Counted from the first letter of the stretch, positions 30,324-43,161 are shown. The stretch is 64,000 nt of DNA from an uncultured Spirochaetota bacterium (GCA_963734545.1 CAVTHO010000007.1:544001-608000), one strand, 5' to 3'. Made by a program: numbers and translations. Notes: a model not told the origin generated them from the letters alone.

Positions 30324-30952
30324 ATCCCGTTTATCGGCAGGTCGGAGAGTACTTTCCACACATCGCCATGGATCAGCCCTGCGGGCCTGTCACCATCGAC
30401 CCGGGCGATATGCATGCCGCTGCCGCGATACCGCTCGAGCGTCTGCATGTACCCCTCACGCACACGGGACTGGAAAGCGAGCCCGTCGAACAGCTCCGGC
30501 TTCCCGCGATGCGCAAGGCGTTCCTGGCACACCTCGACGGGAGTATCGAGGAAGATCAGGCACTGGGGGAGGGGAAAGCCCGAGTTGATGCCGAGAACAA
30601 AGTCGATGCCGCAATCGATGGACTGGTAGGCGATGCTCGAAAAGAGGTAGCGATCACAGATCACGAGCTCGCCCTCTCTCGTCCTTGCCTCGATGCCGAT
30701 GTGCGGCGCCTTGATGTGCTCGTTGCGGTCCGCAGCATACAGCAGGGCGACGGTTCGAGGGTGCGCGCGGGTCTCGAGCGCCAGGATGGACCTGAGGAGC
30801 CGGCCGATCACGCCGTCCGTCGGCTCACACGTTGCCGCGTGAGGCGTCCGCTGTCTGGCAAGACGTTCCGCCAGGAGGCGCATCTGCGTCGTGGTGCCCG
30901 CGCCGTCCAGCCCTTCCAGCACGATGAATTTTTGCAGTATAGTGAATGCCAC
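30320..30952 (-). CDS. tmk: Thymidylate kinase
   Basis: FIVLEGLDGAGTTTQ, LLYAADRNEH, ICDRYLFSSIAYQ. Confidence 0.95.
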   Translation of the reverse strand: MAFTILQKFIVLEGLDGAGTTTQMRLLAERLARQRTPHAATCEPTDGVIGRLLRSILALETRAHPRTVALLYAADRNEHIKAPHIGIEARTREGELVICDRYLFSSIAYQSIDCGIDFVLGINSGFPLPQCLIFLDTPVEVCQERLAHRGKPELFDGLAFQSRVREGYMQTLERYRGSGMHIARVDGDRPAGLIHGDVWKVLSDLPINGM

Positions 30953-30966
30953 CGGCGCAGATTGTA

Positions 30967-31266
30967 ATGAGAACCGCGTGCTGTGTCACTGTATTGCTCC
31001 TTGTCTCGTTGTGCGGAGCCGTCTTTGCGCAGGAGAAGGTAGACTCGGCCGGCCCGCTGGATCGCGATGTCACGGTGGTCGGCCGTGACGATACCGCGCT
31101 CCCCGTCCCGCCGCCGGGGACTCCGCAGGAGATAGAAATCCCGCCGATGGATCCCGAGCAGCCCAGCACTCCGGTCTTGCCGCCCATCCAGCCACCCCCC
31201 GGCGTCCGGCCGCCGTCCGCGACGGAAAAAGATGCAAACAACGCCTCCGGGGAATCGTTTCCCTGA
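30967..31266 (+). CDS. Small exported Pro-rich protein with TonB-box-like motif
   Basis: Signal peptide ending AVFA/QEK; RDVTVVG; poly-Pro tail; stop overlaps the tonB ATG. Confidence 0.6.
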   Translation: MRTACCVTVLLLVSLCGAVFAQEKVDSAGPLDRDVTVVGRDDTALPVPPPGTPQEIEIPPMDPEQPSTPVLPPIQPPPGVRPPSATEKDANNASGESFP

Positions 31267-31977
31267 TGGATCTCACGCGATTGCCGCAGCCGCGCCGAAA
31301 GCGCGAAAAGGTGCCTTTCGGAGCGGCCGGATACGCTCTTCCCTTGATCATCGCCCTCGCATTTCATGGAGCCTTCCTCATCGTTCTCGCGAGGATAGTG
31401 GTATCCATTCCAACGGAGACGGTCCGGGAAATCGGGATTGACGTATCGACGCGAGCCATCCGCCGTATCCGGAACACCGGGGGCCGCGTCTGCGGCCTGG
31501 CCGCCTGCAGGACCGATAGTGGCTGCCGGACCGAAGGTGGCTGCCCGGCCGCCGGTGTCGACAGATTCTGAGCCCGGTGTTGAAGGAAAGGAAGATCCTT
31601 CGTCTCTACGCTCGGTGGAGGCGATGTCCCCGGTTCTGCCCGGGGACGCTCGGATTGACGAGTCTTCGGTCGGTCAGCCGCAACCGGGAGAAGGGATCGG
31701 TTGGGAAGGATCCGCGAGGAAGCTCCTCCGCAAGCGCGATCCGGCGTTTCCGGCGCAACTCAGCGCCGCAGGCCAGGAGGTTGAATGCGAGGCCCGCATT
31801 ACGGTTGCCGCGTCCGGCGTGGTCACCCGCGTGGAAATAACAAGGAGTTCAGGCTATATTGAAATCGATGCCAGCGTCGAGGCAGCCCTCCGCGACTACC
31901 TCTTCTCCCGGGCGAACGAAAGGAAGGACACGGTCGGAAAAATAAGGTTCAGATTCCGCCTGGAGAGACAGGATTGA
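31266..31977 (+). CDS. TonB family protein, indel near 31435
   Basis: N-terminal TM with His (IIALAFHG), low-complexity linker, TonB-C domain (PAFP..ITVAASGVVTRVEITRSSGYIEIDASVEAAL..FRFRL). Confidence 0.8.
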
Positions 31978-34900
31978 AGAAAGCCTACTTGATACGCCGC
32001 ATACCGCCCAGGTTTTCAACCGTCGCGGCGGTGCTGATTGCAGCCGTCCTTGTCGCGCTCACGGCGCTCGCCGCGCGCGAAATCGATCGGGCGCTCACCG
32101 ACCGGATGGCGGAGCTGAAGAGCCAGACCATCGCGTCACTGGAAGCGGCCGCGGGGAGAAAAATAACCTACTCCTCGATTGCGCCCTCGATTTTCCAGTA
32201 TCTCGAGGTACGTGATCTCGTTTTCCATGAATCGGAAAACTCGGAAAAAGCCCTGCTCGCTTTGCACGATATCCGCGTCTACTACAGTCTCGTGCATCTC
32301 CTTCTCCGACGAGATCCCGTGGGTGCGCTGCGCGAGGTACAGATCAGGAATACACGGCTGTCTCTGGACCTGGACAGGGATCGGGACGTGATTGAAATCC
32401 TGCGCCGCCTGACAGGGACGGGGGGAGGCGAGGGGAGGCTTCGCGCGCGGATCACCGGCGCGAACGTGAGCATCTCCCTTGCTTCCGCCGGCTCGACGGT
32501 CTCCCTGGACAATTCATTTTTCCAGATCGAGAGTCGCAGGGAAGCGATCTCGGTTTCCCTTCGGGGCGGTCTCAACGGGACCCTGCAGAAAGGCTTCACA
32601 TTTGCCTCTTCCATCAAGGTGCAGGGTCTGCTGGACAAGAGCCTCGACTCCTCGGACATGACGGTCCAGCTGCTTTCGTTCGAGAGCTCCCTCTTCACGA
32701 CCCGCAGCCAGACCCTGCAGGTGCTCTGGAAGGGGAGCAGCATCGACGTCCGCAAGATCCAGGACCGATCGCCGATCGATCTTTCCCTCAAGGCTGATCT
32801 GGAGAAGCAGCAGTTCACCGTGAGCTTCCAGACGGAGGATCTTCGGCCGGACAGGCTGTTCACTCTCTCGGGCAGCCTGGCGCGGTACGAAAACTGGATG
32901 AAGATGCCCTTGACCGCTTCCGGGCACTTCACGTACCGGGTCCCCGACAGAAGCCTCGACTACCAGGCGGACATCTCCGCCTTTCTCGAGGACCAGCTCC
33001 CCATACGCGAGGCAACTCTCGTGTCGAGCTTCCGCGGGTCGGAAAAGGAAGCCTATTTCGAGCCGCTGCGGCTTTCCTCCGCCGGAGGCGTCCTGGATTT
33101 CGAGGGCAGTGTGCTCTTCTCGAATCTTTTCCCGGAGGGGATTCTGACCCTGTCAAACGTTGATCCCGGCACGGGTGAAAGGGTCGATGCGAATCTGTGG
33201 ATCGAGAGGCAGAAGGACACCGTCACCATGCAGGGCTCCCATCTCGTTTTCGGCGAGCTGGGTTTTGACACGCTCTCCGTTTCGCTTTCCCCCCTGAAGA
33301 ACGGGTTCAAATTCTCTCTAGGAACATCGTTTGCGGGCGCCCGGCCCGGGGACATGGTCCAGGCATCCGGCGAGCTTCGTTTCGGACAGCCCATTGCCAG
33401 GGCCGTCGTGGAGGGCTCGCCTCGCTCCATCGCTGCGCCTTCAGTTTCCCTTTCCGGCGCGCTGCACAACATCCCCCCGGCCAAGCTCTATCAGCTGGTG
33501 GAAGGGGGCGGTGCGCTCTCGGGAGAGCAGAAAGACCTGTACGAGATTCTTTCCCGGTTCTCGGTGAGCGCTGATGTCGCCGTTTCTACCGATTTCACCA
33601 GGTTCTCGGTCGCGAGCCGCGAGGTGACGGTCACGCAGCCGGACGAGCCCGGCACGCTGATTCGTTTCGGGCTGAATGCGGACTCGGAGCATGTCTCCCT
33701 TTCCGAGTTTTCCGGCACCTGGCAGAAGCTCAGCCTGCGCGGGGCGTTCGATTGCAGGTTCACACAGGACGGCCAGATCACCTTCGCCAGCGACCTCAGG
33801 TTCCAGGACACCCCCTACTCGATTGCGGGAAGATACTCGCGGAGCCTCGGTCTGCACGCGAGCGGGTCCTACGGCCTGCTGCTCGCCGCGGTCCCCATGC
33901 GCGCAGGTATTCTTGCGCTGCGCCTGAAGGGTGAACGCTTCCCCCTCCCGCTGCCGGGCCGCGCCATGGCCATCAGCTTCGACATGAACGGAATCGCCAC
34001 GCCGGAAGGGGACTGGTCGGCGGATTTTCCGCTGATCACGCTTTTCGACGTGCCGTTCCTCGAGTCCGCAAAGAACACGATACAGATCGCGGGAAAAGCC
34101 AACCCGAGAGAGCTCACCCTTACGCGACTCTCGTTCGTGGATGCCTACTCGAGTCTCGAAGGCAGCGGGAGCGCGGAAATCGCGCAATCGGCGAGCATAC
34201 TTGACCCGCATGTCCTGGAATTGATGGCCGTGCAGGGTCACGTCGCGCTCAGGAGCCCGGACGGCGTCGAAAGCTACACTGCCACAGGCAGCCTGAAGGA
34301 CGGAAAGCTCGCGCTGACGGGCAATTTCACCGGATCCCCGCTGGCCCGGATCAGCAAGTCGGCTGTCAGGGGCGTTCTGGAGGGCTCCAGCCTGGTCACC
34401 GGCCCGGTGCACCAGCCCACCGCGGTCATTATGGCAAGTCTCAAGGACGGGCGACTGGGAACGGACAACCTTTCCCTGGGAGGCCAGGTGACGCTCCTTC
34501 CTGATACGATCCAGGTGAGTCACCTCGGCTTCGGCTACCTTTCCCATACGCTTTCCGAAGGGACCGGAGCCGTGAATACGAAGACCGGAGCTTTTTCCTT
34601 CACGGGGCTCTACAAGGGAGACTACTTCGCCGACGAAGTGAAGCTCACCCTCGGCCTGGACGGCCAGTTTGCCGCCGAAAGCCTCGACTCCCTGCTGGAA
34701 GGAATTCTTGACCACGGTCTGAAAGGCAGGCTCGCCTTGAGCGGCATCACCGTGGCGGCTGCGCCGGTCCCCTCCTGGAGTGTCGATTTCAAGAGCGAGG
34801 CAGGCCGGCTCTCATTCGATGGAGGGCCGGGAGGTTCCCTCCATGGCTGGATCGACTCGCGGCGCTCGTTCTCTGTTGGCCTGGCGAATCCGCTCCCCTT

Positions 34901-36442
34901 CCGCGGCAGTGCTGTCGGAAGGATCGCCGGTGATCACATCACCGCGACCTTGAACGTGGACACCCTGCAGATGGTGGTGCTCAACACGGTCCTGAAAAGC
35001 CCCCCGATTCCGACTTCAGCGGGCCCCTTTCCCGTCCTGCGCGTCACCTCGGGGGTCGCCTCGGGCAGGCTCAACATTGACGGTCCTGTGAATGATCCTG
35101 ATTTCTCGGGGCAGCTCGATCTGGCCGGTGGCGGTGTCATGTGCGCATATTCTCCCGACGAGGCGGGCCCGATAAGGGACACACTCACATTCAGCGGCAA
35201 GACATTCCGCGCGCCGAGGACATTCGCAGCCGCGGGCGCCGCTCTCTTGAGCGCGGAAGCGAGCTTCACCATCGACCATTGGTCACCCGTGGCGTTCGAT
35301 CTTTCCATCAACAGCGTAGGAGACGTGCCATTGCGCATGCGGGGACGATTCGGAAAGCTGATAGCGGACGGCTCAGCATCAGGTCAGATCCGGATCGTCG
35401 GTGACGAGCGAAGGACGGATGTCACCGGCAGTCTCCAGGTAGGGGACTGCAAAATCGCGCTCGGTGACTTCGCTCCGGGGAAATTCGTGCCGGAGGAAAC
35501 TCCCACTTTTGTCACGCTGACGGCGGAAACAGGCAAGAGGGTCGAGTTCTACTGGCCGACGGAGAATCTGCCCGTCCTGCGCACCACGGCGAGCCCCGGG
35601 CGGCACGATCGTCGTTACGTACCGGGGCGATACGGGTGCCTACACGGTCAAGGGCACGGCAGGTGTCCAGGGCGGGGAGATCTACTACTTCGATCGCAGT
35701 TTCATACTCAAGAAGGGCTCCATCACATTCAACGAGGACCAGAGCACCTTCGATCCGAGAATCACGGCCAATGCGGAAGTCAGGGAATGGGACCCTTTCA
35801 CGGGAGAGGAGGTGAAGATCTACCTGGACGCGGACAGCGCCTTGAGCAAGTTCTCCCCCCGATTCAGCTCCGTCCCCGCACGCACGCGAAACCGCCCTCC
35901 TCGCGATGATCGGCGCCCCGATACTTACCCGCACGGAAACGCAGGGACCGGTAATGGCGGCCGCCCTGGTCTACTCCGACATCCTGAGCCAGACCTGGCT
36001 TCTGCGCCCGTTCGAGCAGAAGGTGCGCCAGGTCCTGAACCTGGACATGTTTTCCATCCGCACGCAGCTCCTTCAGAATCTCGTCGCGCAGAAACTGTTC
36101 GGGACGGCGCTCAATCCCCTTGACAACACCAGCGTGTCTCTTGGAAAGTATGTCGGGAACGATCTTTTCTGGGAAATGCTCGTCAGACTGCAGTCGCCGC
36201 CCCTTCCGACGGGTGCACCGCTTCCGCCGGGGAGCCTGCAGTATGGGCAGTTCCAGAGCGGCGTGAGTCTGCCCTCCGGCGGCCTGCCTCTTGTAGGGGC
36301 GGGCCTGAGGCCGGAGCTGGAGCTGAGCCTCGAGTGGGCGACCCCATTATTCCTGCTCACCTGGAGCTGGGTTCCCCAGCATCCGGAGAGCCTGTTCCTC
36401 GTGGACAACAGCCTCGCATTCAGCTGGAGGTTCTCCTACTGA
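31974..36442 (+). CDS. tamB: TamB (AsmA-like) translocation/assembly module protein, indels ~35600 and ~35890
   Basis: About 1480 codons; N-terminal anchor; beta-rich body; C-terminal GGEIYYFDRSF..FDPRITANAE and SLGKYV; directly upstream of bamA. Confidence 0.85.
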
Positions 36443-36473
36443 GGAGAAAACGCGTGCGACCGAAGGAGCTCGA

Positions 36474-39030
36474 ATGATGACCCGTGCCGCCAAGACTCTC
36501 CTGGCAAGCCTCCTCCTCCTGCTGCGCGTTTTCGATCGGGCTTTCGGCGCAGGCGACGGACCAGGAATGGTACGTGAACAAGCCGATCAAGGATTTCACG
36601 TTCCAGGGACTGGTGACGGTCAAGGCGGATGATCTCATGGCCGTGGTGAAGCCGTACATCGGGCAGACCTTCAGCGTTGACCCGCTCCTGTGGGAAATCG
36701 AGGCCAAGCTGTACGCGCTGGACTATTTCGAGACCATCGTGCCGAATGCGCTGCCCGCGGACGACTCAAAGACCGCCGTGATCATCGAGTTCGACGTCAA
36801 GGAGCGCCCCTCCATCCAGGTCGTGGAAGTGACGGGCAACACGAGCGTGCGCACGAACGAAATCACGGACAAGATCCTCCTGAAAAAAGGGGACCTTGCC
36901 AACCAGACCAGGCTGCAGGCGGACGTGGAGGCGGTCAAAGCCCTGTATCTCGACAAGGGCTACACGGACGTGACGGTGAGCGCCAGCTTCGTGCCCGGGG
37001 ACAAGGAAACGACTGTCAAAGCGGTTTTCACCGTTGCCGAAGGGGTGCCGACCACCATCAAGGAAGTACGGTTTTCAGGAAACAAATTCGCCTCGGAGAG
37101 CACGCTCCGGGGCTTGATGAAGACGAAGCCGCAGGCCCTCTTCGACAGCGGTGTGTTCCAGGAATCGAAGCTGGAAGAGGACAAGACGGCCATCGTGGCC
37201 TATTACACGGACCACGGATTCGTGGACGCGAAGATCGACAAGGTGACACGAGATGTGCAGACCCTGCAGGGGCGCAACTACCTTCTGCTCACTGTCTACG
37301 TGACGGAGGGAGAACAGTGGCTGTACAACGGTCTTTCATTCATCGGCAACCAGATATTCTCCACCCAACGCCTGACGGAGCTCGTTTTTCAGAAGCCCGG
37401 CAAAGTGCTGAGCCTGCAGAAGCTGGAGCAGGATACCGCCCGTATTCAGAACCTGTATTGGGAGAACGGCTACATTTTCAACGTGTTTACACGCGGCGAA
37501 AGCCGTGACGAGACGGCGAAGACGATCAGCTATACCCTTACGATCCAGGAAGCAGACAAGGCGCACATCGAGAATATCATTTTCAAGGGAAGTACCCGCA
37601 CAGCGGAGTACGTCCTGCGCCGCGGGCTGCCTTTCGAGGAAGGGGACATCTTCAACAGGGAAAGATCATCCAGGGATACCAGTACCTGGCCAACCTGCAG
37701 TACTTCAAGTCCGTCACGCCGGATACGCAGCAGGGCTCCGCGTTCGGGCTGATGAACGTCATCTTCAATGTGGAGGAGGCAAGCACCGCGGATATCAACT
37801 TCGGCGTCATATTCTCGGGAGGCAGCTTCCCGATTTCAGGCACCATCAAGTGGAACGAGCGCAATTTCATGGGTCGGGGTCAGACGATCGGCGTCGACCT
37901 CGAGGCATCGCCGATCAAGCAGACGATCGGTGTCAACTTCTTCGAGCCGTGGATGCTCGGACAGCCCTGGTCGCTGGGTGTCTCCCTGTCGTTCGATCAT
38001 GAGAACGTGCAGAACGTGCTCCAGGACTTTATCGGGCCGAATTTCACCGACAGCCAGGCCTCCATCGCCGCACCGGATCCCTATGACAGCCGGGATGCCT
38101 ACCTCGCCGACATCGCGGCCGGGCAACACGATCGGCAGCCAGTATCTGATGACGTACCTGATGTACAACTTCCTCCTGGGGATCAACACCGGCTACACGT
38201 TCCTGCTCCCCTTCGGCAGGCTCGGACTGCAGGCCGCGTACAATCCCCAGCTGCGGTATATCGAATACGACGATTCCCAGCACCGCGCCTTCGAAAGGAG
38301 CGTGCGGGAGAACAATCACACGTGGAATTTCATCGATCAGATCTCACTGGGCGTGTACCTGGACGGACGCGACATTTTCTTGAACCCCACGAAGGGCTAT
38401 TACATGGGGCAGAGCGTGACGTTCACCGGCGGGTTCCTGTTCGGCAACCGGCACTTCATCCGGACCGATACGAGACTCGAGGGGTTCCTCACGATTCTGA
38501 ACCTCCCCGTGACCGACACCTGGAACCTGTTCTTCGTGCTCGCCGCTCATACCGGTCTTTCCCTGATCCTGCCGCAGTACGCCTATTCCGACATCGACCG
38601 GAAGTGGGAGTGGCAGACGGTCACGGACAACACTCAGCAGCTCTATATCGACGGCATGACGGTGGCCCGGGGCTGGGGCCAGATGTACACGTATGGCAAG
38701 GCGCTCTGGGACAACAAGCTGGAGCTTCGGACACCCATCATCAAGGAAGCCCTGTGGCTGGTCGGCTTTTTCGACGCGGCAGCCCTGTGGGACGAGCCAT
38801 TCGATTCTTCCGGCGGGGCCTCGACCCTGCCCAACATGAGGCTGGACCAGTTCTTCTTCTCCTTCGGACTCGGGATCCGGTTCACCATCCCCCAGTTCCC
38901 GATCCGTCTCTATCTCTCCAAGGGATTCCAGATCAAGGATGGACAGGTGCAGTGGAAGCCCACGGGAGAGCTGAAATTCGGGAACTTTGCCCTCGGCTTC
39001 GTCATTTCCCTCGGCGGGGACGTATTCTGA
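36474..39030 (+). CDS. bamA: Outer membrane protein assembly factor BamA, split by indels
   Basis: Five POTRA-like repeats, ERNFMGRGQ, FFEPW, ARGW lid motif, FSFGLGIRF, terminal Phe. Confidence 0.93.
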
Positions 39031-39045
39031 GTGAGGAGGCCCCCG

Positions 39046-39606
39046 ATGAAACGAATACTCCTGGTGCTCGGCGTATGCGTGTCTTTCGCGCTTCCGCTGG
39101 CAGCCCAGACACAGCAGGTGACAAAGGTGGGCATCTGCGACTTTACGAAGGTGCTCAGCACGGCCTACAAGGACACCAAGGCGCTGAGGGATTTTGACCA
39201 GGCCAAGAGCGACGTCTACAAGGAGATCGCCGCCCGCAGCAAGGAGATCGCGGACCTCCAGAACCAGAAGATCGACGCGGACAAGGCGAACAACAAGGCC
39301 CAATCGCTCGCCCTCGAAAAGACCATCGCGGACAAGCAGAACGACCTTGATTCCTATCGAAGGGTCAAGAATGCATGGCTCGTTCAGCAGTCGAATGCGC
39401 TTCTCACCGGCCCCGTGCTCAAGGAAATCTACGACCAGATGACTCTCGTCGCGGAAAGCGGCGGCTACGCGCTCGTCCTCAGAAGCGACGGCGCATACCG
39501 GGACATCATCCTGTATCGGATCCAGGAAATCGACATCACGGATGACGTGATTGCGGCGATTTTCGCGAAACAGGGCAAGACCTATAATCCCGCCACGGGA
39601 CAGTAA
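39046..39606 (+). CDS. skp: OmpH/Skp periplasmic chaperone
   Basis: Signal peptide, KVGICDFTKV, coiled coil, IDITDDVI; follows bamA. Confidence 0.88.
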   Translation: MKRILLVLGVCVSFALPLAAQTQQVTKVGICDFTKVLSTAYKDTKALRDFDQAKSDVYKEIAARSKEIADLQNQKIDADKANNKAQSLALEKTIADKQNDLDSYRRVKNAWLVQQSNALLTGPVLKEIYDQMTLVAESGGYALVLRSDGAYRDIILYRIQEIDITDDVIAAIFAKQGKTYNPATGQ

Positions 39607-40027
39607 GTGAGCAGGGTTCTCGGCGTCGACCTGGGCACACGACGCGTCGGGCTCGCACTTTCTGATCCGGCGCGGATCATCAGCTCTCCGCTTTCGACCC
39701 TCGCCATGGAGTCCGAAAGCGCGCTGGTCGAGCGCGCTCATCCGCCTGTGCAAGGAAAAGGAAGTGGAGACGGTCGTCATCGGGCTGCCGGTGAGCGCGG
39801 ACGGGAGCGAAGGCCCCGGCTGCGCCCGCGCGCGCCGGCTCTCAGGGAGGCTGATCGAGGCGGGGATACGCTCCGAGCTCGTGGATGAGAGCTGGTCCAG
39901 CCGGGACGCAGAGCAGGTTCTGCGGGAGATGGGCAAGAGCCGTCGCACGGCGCGAGAGAAAGTGGACGCCATCGCGGCGTCCCTCATTCTCCGGGATTAC
40001 CTCCAGGGGGCTTCTCACTCCCCTTGA
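39607..40027 (+). CDS. ruvX: YqgF/RuvX pre-16S rRNA nuclease, indel near 39735
   Basis: LGVDLGTRRVGLALSD, VIGLP, VDESWSS, VDAIAASLILRDYL. Confidence 0.92.
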
Positions 40028-40520
40028 GCTTCCTCTCCAGGGTTTCCTTCAGAAGTGCGAATTTCCTGCGGGCTTCTTCAGAGGTCTCCATGAGAGCCTC
40101 GTGCGTCTTGAGAATGAAATCGGCGCCGGGCCTTTCGGTGTTGGGCGCGAGCACCGCCATGTCCGCCGGCGCCTGCACGTCCCGCTCTTCAATGAGAAGG
40201 TAGTTCTTCAACCCCATCTGCGCGAGGATGTCCCGGCATTCGCGGGTCGGCCTCAGCAGGTGGAGCCTTCCGCCGGATCCCTTCTGGAGCTTCTTGTCGA
40301 TTGCCACCAGCAGGCCGATAAAAGTGGAATCCATGTACCGGCATTCGGAGAGGTCGACATAGACTGCGGGCACGTCCGCGGTCACATCAAGCCGAGCAAG
40401 GAGCGCTTCGCGCAGGGGGTAGCAGAGACTTGCGCGGATGCTTCCCCGCGCCATGAGGAAATACCCGCGAGAGTCGCGGCCGATCAGGATCGAGTCGATG
40501 TTCGGGTTGCCCACGTTCAT
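39984..40520 (-). CDS. STAS domain protein (anti-sigma factor antagonist-like)
   Basis: VDLSECRYMDSTFIGLLV; C-terminal ILKTHEALME helix. Confidence 0.85.
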   Translation of the reverse strand: MNVGNPNIDSILIGRDSRGYFLMARGSIRASLCYPLREALLARLDVTADVPAVYVDLSECRYMDSTFIGLLVAIDKKLQKGSGGRLHLLRPTRECRDILAQMGLKNYLLIEERDVQAPADMAVLAPNTERPGADFILKTHEALMETSEEARRKFALLKETLERKLKGSEKPPGGNPGE

Positions 40521-40528
40521 CCCTGCAT

Positions 40529-40536
40529 ACTATAAT
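40529..40536. promoter_or_regulatory. Overlapping -10 boxes of a putative bidirectional promoter (mutS / STAS)
   Basis: TATAAT (+, 40531-40536) and TATAGT (-, 40534-40529) lie within a 25-nt gap between divergent start codons. Confidence 0.55.
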
Positions 40537-40545
40537 TCCACACTC

Positions 40546-43161
40546 ATGGTCGAAACAACCCCCGTGATGGCGCAGTACAGGCGGGCCAAGGAGAAATTCG
40601 CCGACTCCATCCTCTTCTTTCGCCTCGGGGATTTCTACGAAATGTTCGAAAAGGACGCGCGCGAAGCGTCGTCCCTGCTCGACCTGACATTGACGCAGAG
40701 GGCAGGGGTGCCGATGTGCGGCATTCCCTATCACGCCGCTCCGTCCTACATTTCACGGCTTCTCGCCGCGGGGAAAAAAGTCGCCATCTGCGAGCAGACG
40801 AGCCAGCCGGTCAAGGGGCTGATGAACCGTGACGTCGTGGAGGTGATCACTCCCGGCACGGTGATGGACGACAGCTACCTGTCCAGGAACGCGAACAACT
40901 ATCTCCTGGCAATCGGGAGACGGGCGGAAGCCATGTCGCTCGCGTATGCGGACCTGTCCACCGGCGAATTCGCGGCCACCTCGTTTCCCTTTGCCGAACG
41001 GGAGCAGACGCTGAAAAAGGAATTGCACCGCCTGGATCCCCGGGAGGTGATCACGCAGGAGTCCCTGCTGGTGGAAGATCGCGTGACCCGGGACCTGCTG
41101 GGAGAGCGGGAGGGGCTCCTCGTGAACCGTTTGCCCGATTGGAGCTTCGACCTGGACGCGTGCCGGTCGCGTCTCCAGCACCAGCTCGGGGTTGCGAATC
41201 TCAAGGGGTTCGGTCTCGCAGACGACTCCCCTGAGATCCTTGCGGCAGGGGTCCTGCTCGAGTACCTCGGACAGACCGCCAAAAAGGCCCTCGCGCACGT
41301 TTCGTCGCTCTCCGTGTACGCGGACAGGAGCTTCGCGGAGCTGGACGAGGCGACGCAGCGCAATCTCGAGCTGCTGGGCAACCTGCAGGACGGCAGCCGG
41401 AAGTACACGCTTCTCGAGGTGCTCGACCAGACACGGACCTCCCCGGGGGCGCGCAAGCTCAGGCGGTGGATTCTCACTCCGCTGAAAGAACGCGGCCCGA
41501 TAGAAAAGCGGCACGGCGCGGTCGAGTCTCTCTACCGGGACCAGGCAGGTCTGGCGCGGCTGCGGGAGTCGCTCGGCGGAGTGCTCGACCTGGAGCGGCT
41601 GACCGCGCGAGTGGCCATGGACAGGGCCCACGCGAAAGATCTCCTCGCCATCAAGTCGACTCTGCAGGCAGTCCTCATCGCTGGGCGGGCTGCTTGCCGG
41701 AGAACGGGCGGCGGGCATGTCCGAGGGCCTGAGAGACCTGGCGCAGCCCCTCACCACCCGCGCAGGGCTCATGAGAGAATTGACCGCATTGCTCGAAAAC
41801 GCGATCAATGAAGAGCCGGCGGTCGTCCTCACGGAAGGCAATCTCATCAAGCGCGGGTTCAACGCCGAGCTGGACAGGCTTCATGGTTTGAAGGACAACG
41901 CGCGGGAGATCCTCGAGACCTACCTTGCGGAGGAGCGCACGCGCACCGGCATCTGCTCCCTGAAGCTCCGCTACAACAAGATCATCGGGTACTACTTCGA
42001 GGTCACGAAATCCAACCTGGCCCTGGTACCTCCGCATTTCGTGCGCCGCCAGTCCCTTGTCGGCGGGGAGCGCTACACGACCGACCGTCTCGCCGACCTC
42101 GAATCGGAGATCAACGATGCCACGGAACGAATCGTCGAGATCGAAAAGAACCTGTTCCTGGAGATACGGACGACGACGAAAGAGGCAGTACCCTGGCTCC
42201 TGATCGTCTGCGACGCCGTGTCTTCCCTGGACGTGTTCCAGTCCCTGGCATTTGCGGCAACCGTGCACGGGTACGTGCGGCCGGTCATGACTGACGGCGT
42301 CGAGCTCACCATCCAGGACGGAAGGCACCCGGTGGTGGAGGCCCATCTCCCGGGCGGGGCATTCGTTCCCAACAGCCTGCGAGTGCTCCGGCGACGGACC
42401 GATTCTTCGTGATCCTGACCGGACCGAATATGGCGGGCAAATCGACCTTTCTCCGCCAGGTGGCGCTCATCATCGTCATGGCGCAGATCGGCTCGTTCGT
42501 GCCCGCGGCAAGCGCCAGGATCGGGATCGCGGACCGTGTCTTCTGCCGCGTGGGGGCAACGGACAATCTCGCCCGCGGAGAGTCGACTTTTCTCGTGGAG
42601 ATGAATGAGACGGCGCATATCCTGCGGAGCGCCACGGCCAGAAGCCTCGTCATCATGGACGAAATAGGGCGCGGCACGAGCACGCGTGACGGTCTGGCAA
42701 TCGCCTGGGCGGTGAGCGTGTACATTCTGTCGAAAATCGGGGCGCGGACACTTTTCGCCACTCATTTCCACGAGCTCACGGGGCTCGCGCACGAGAGAGT
42801 TGCCAACCTCTCAATGGAGGTCCTCGACAGGGAAGGGGAGATCGTCTTCCTCAAGAGAGTACGGGAGGGCCCTTCGAGCAACTCATACGGGATCCACGTT
42901 GCAAGGCTCGCGGGGCTGCCCGCGGAGACGCTCGCCTATGCGCAAAAGATGCTCGCTGAGCTGAATGCGGGCGCCGGGATCGCTGCCGCCCCGCCGCCCC
43001 CGGTCGACAAGCCTGCCGTTGTGCAGGCGCAGCTTTTCTCCTCGGAGGAGCTTGTGCTGCAGGAGATCCTGGCCATGCAACCGGAAAAGACTACTCCGCT
43101 GGATGCCCTGACCGCCATCGCCAGATGGAAGAAGGAGCTCTCCCGCGACGAGGACGGCTGA
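40546..43161 (+). CDS. mutS: DNA mismatch repair protein MutS, indels ~41690 and ~42385
   Basis: TPVMAQY, FRLGDFYEMF, TGPNMAGKST, STFLVEM, MDEIGRGTS, FATHFHEL, SYGIHVA. Confidence 0.96.
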
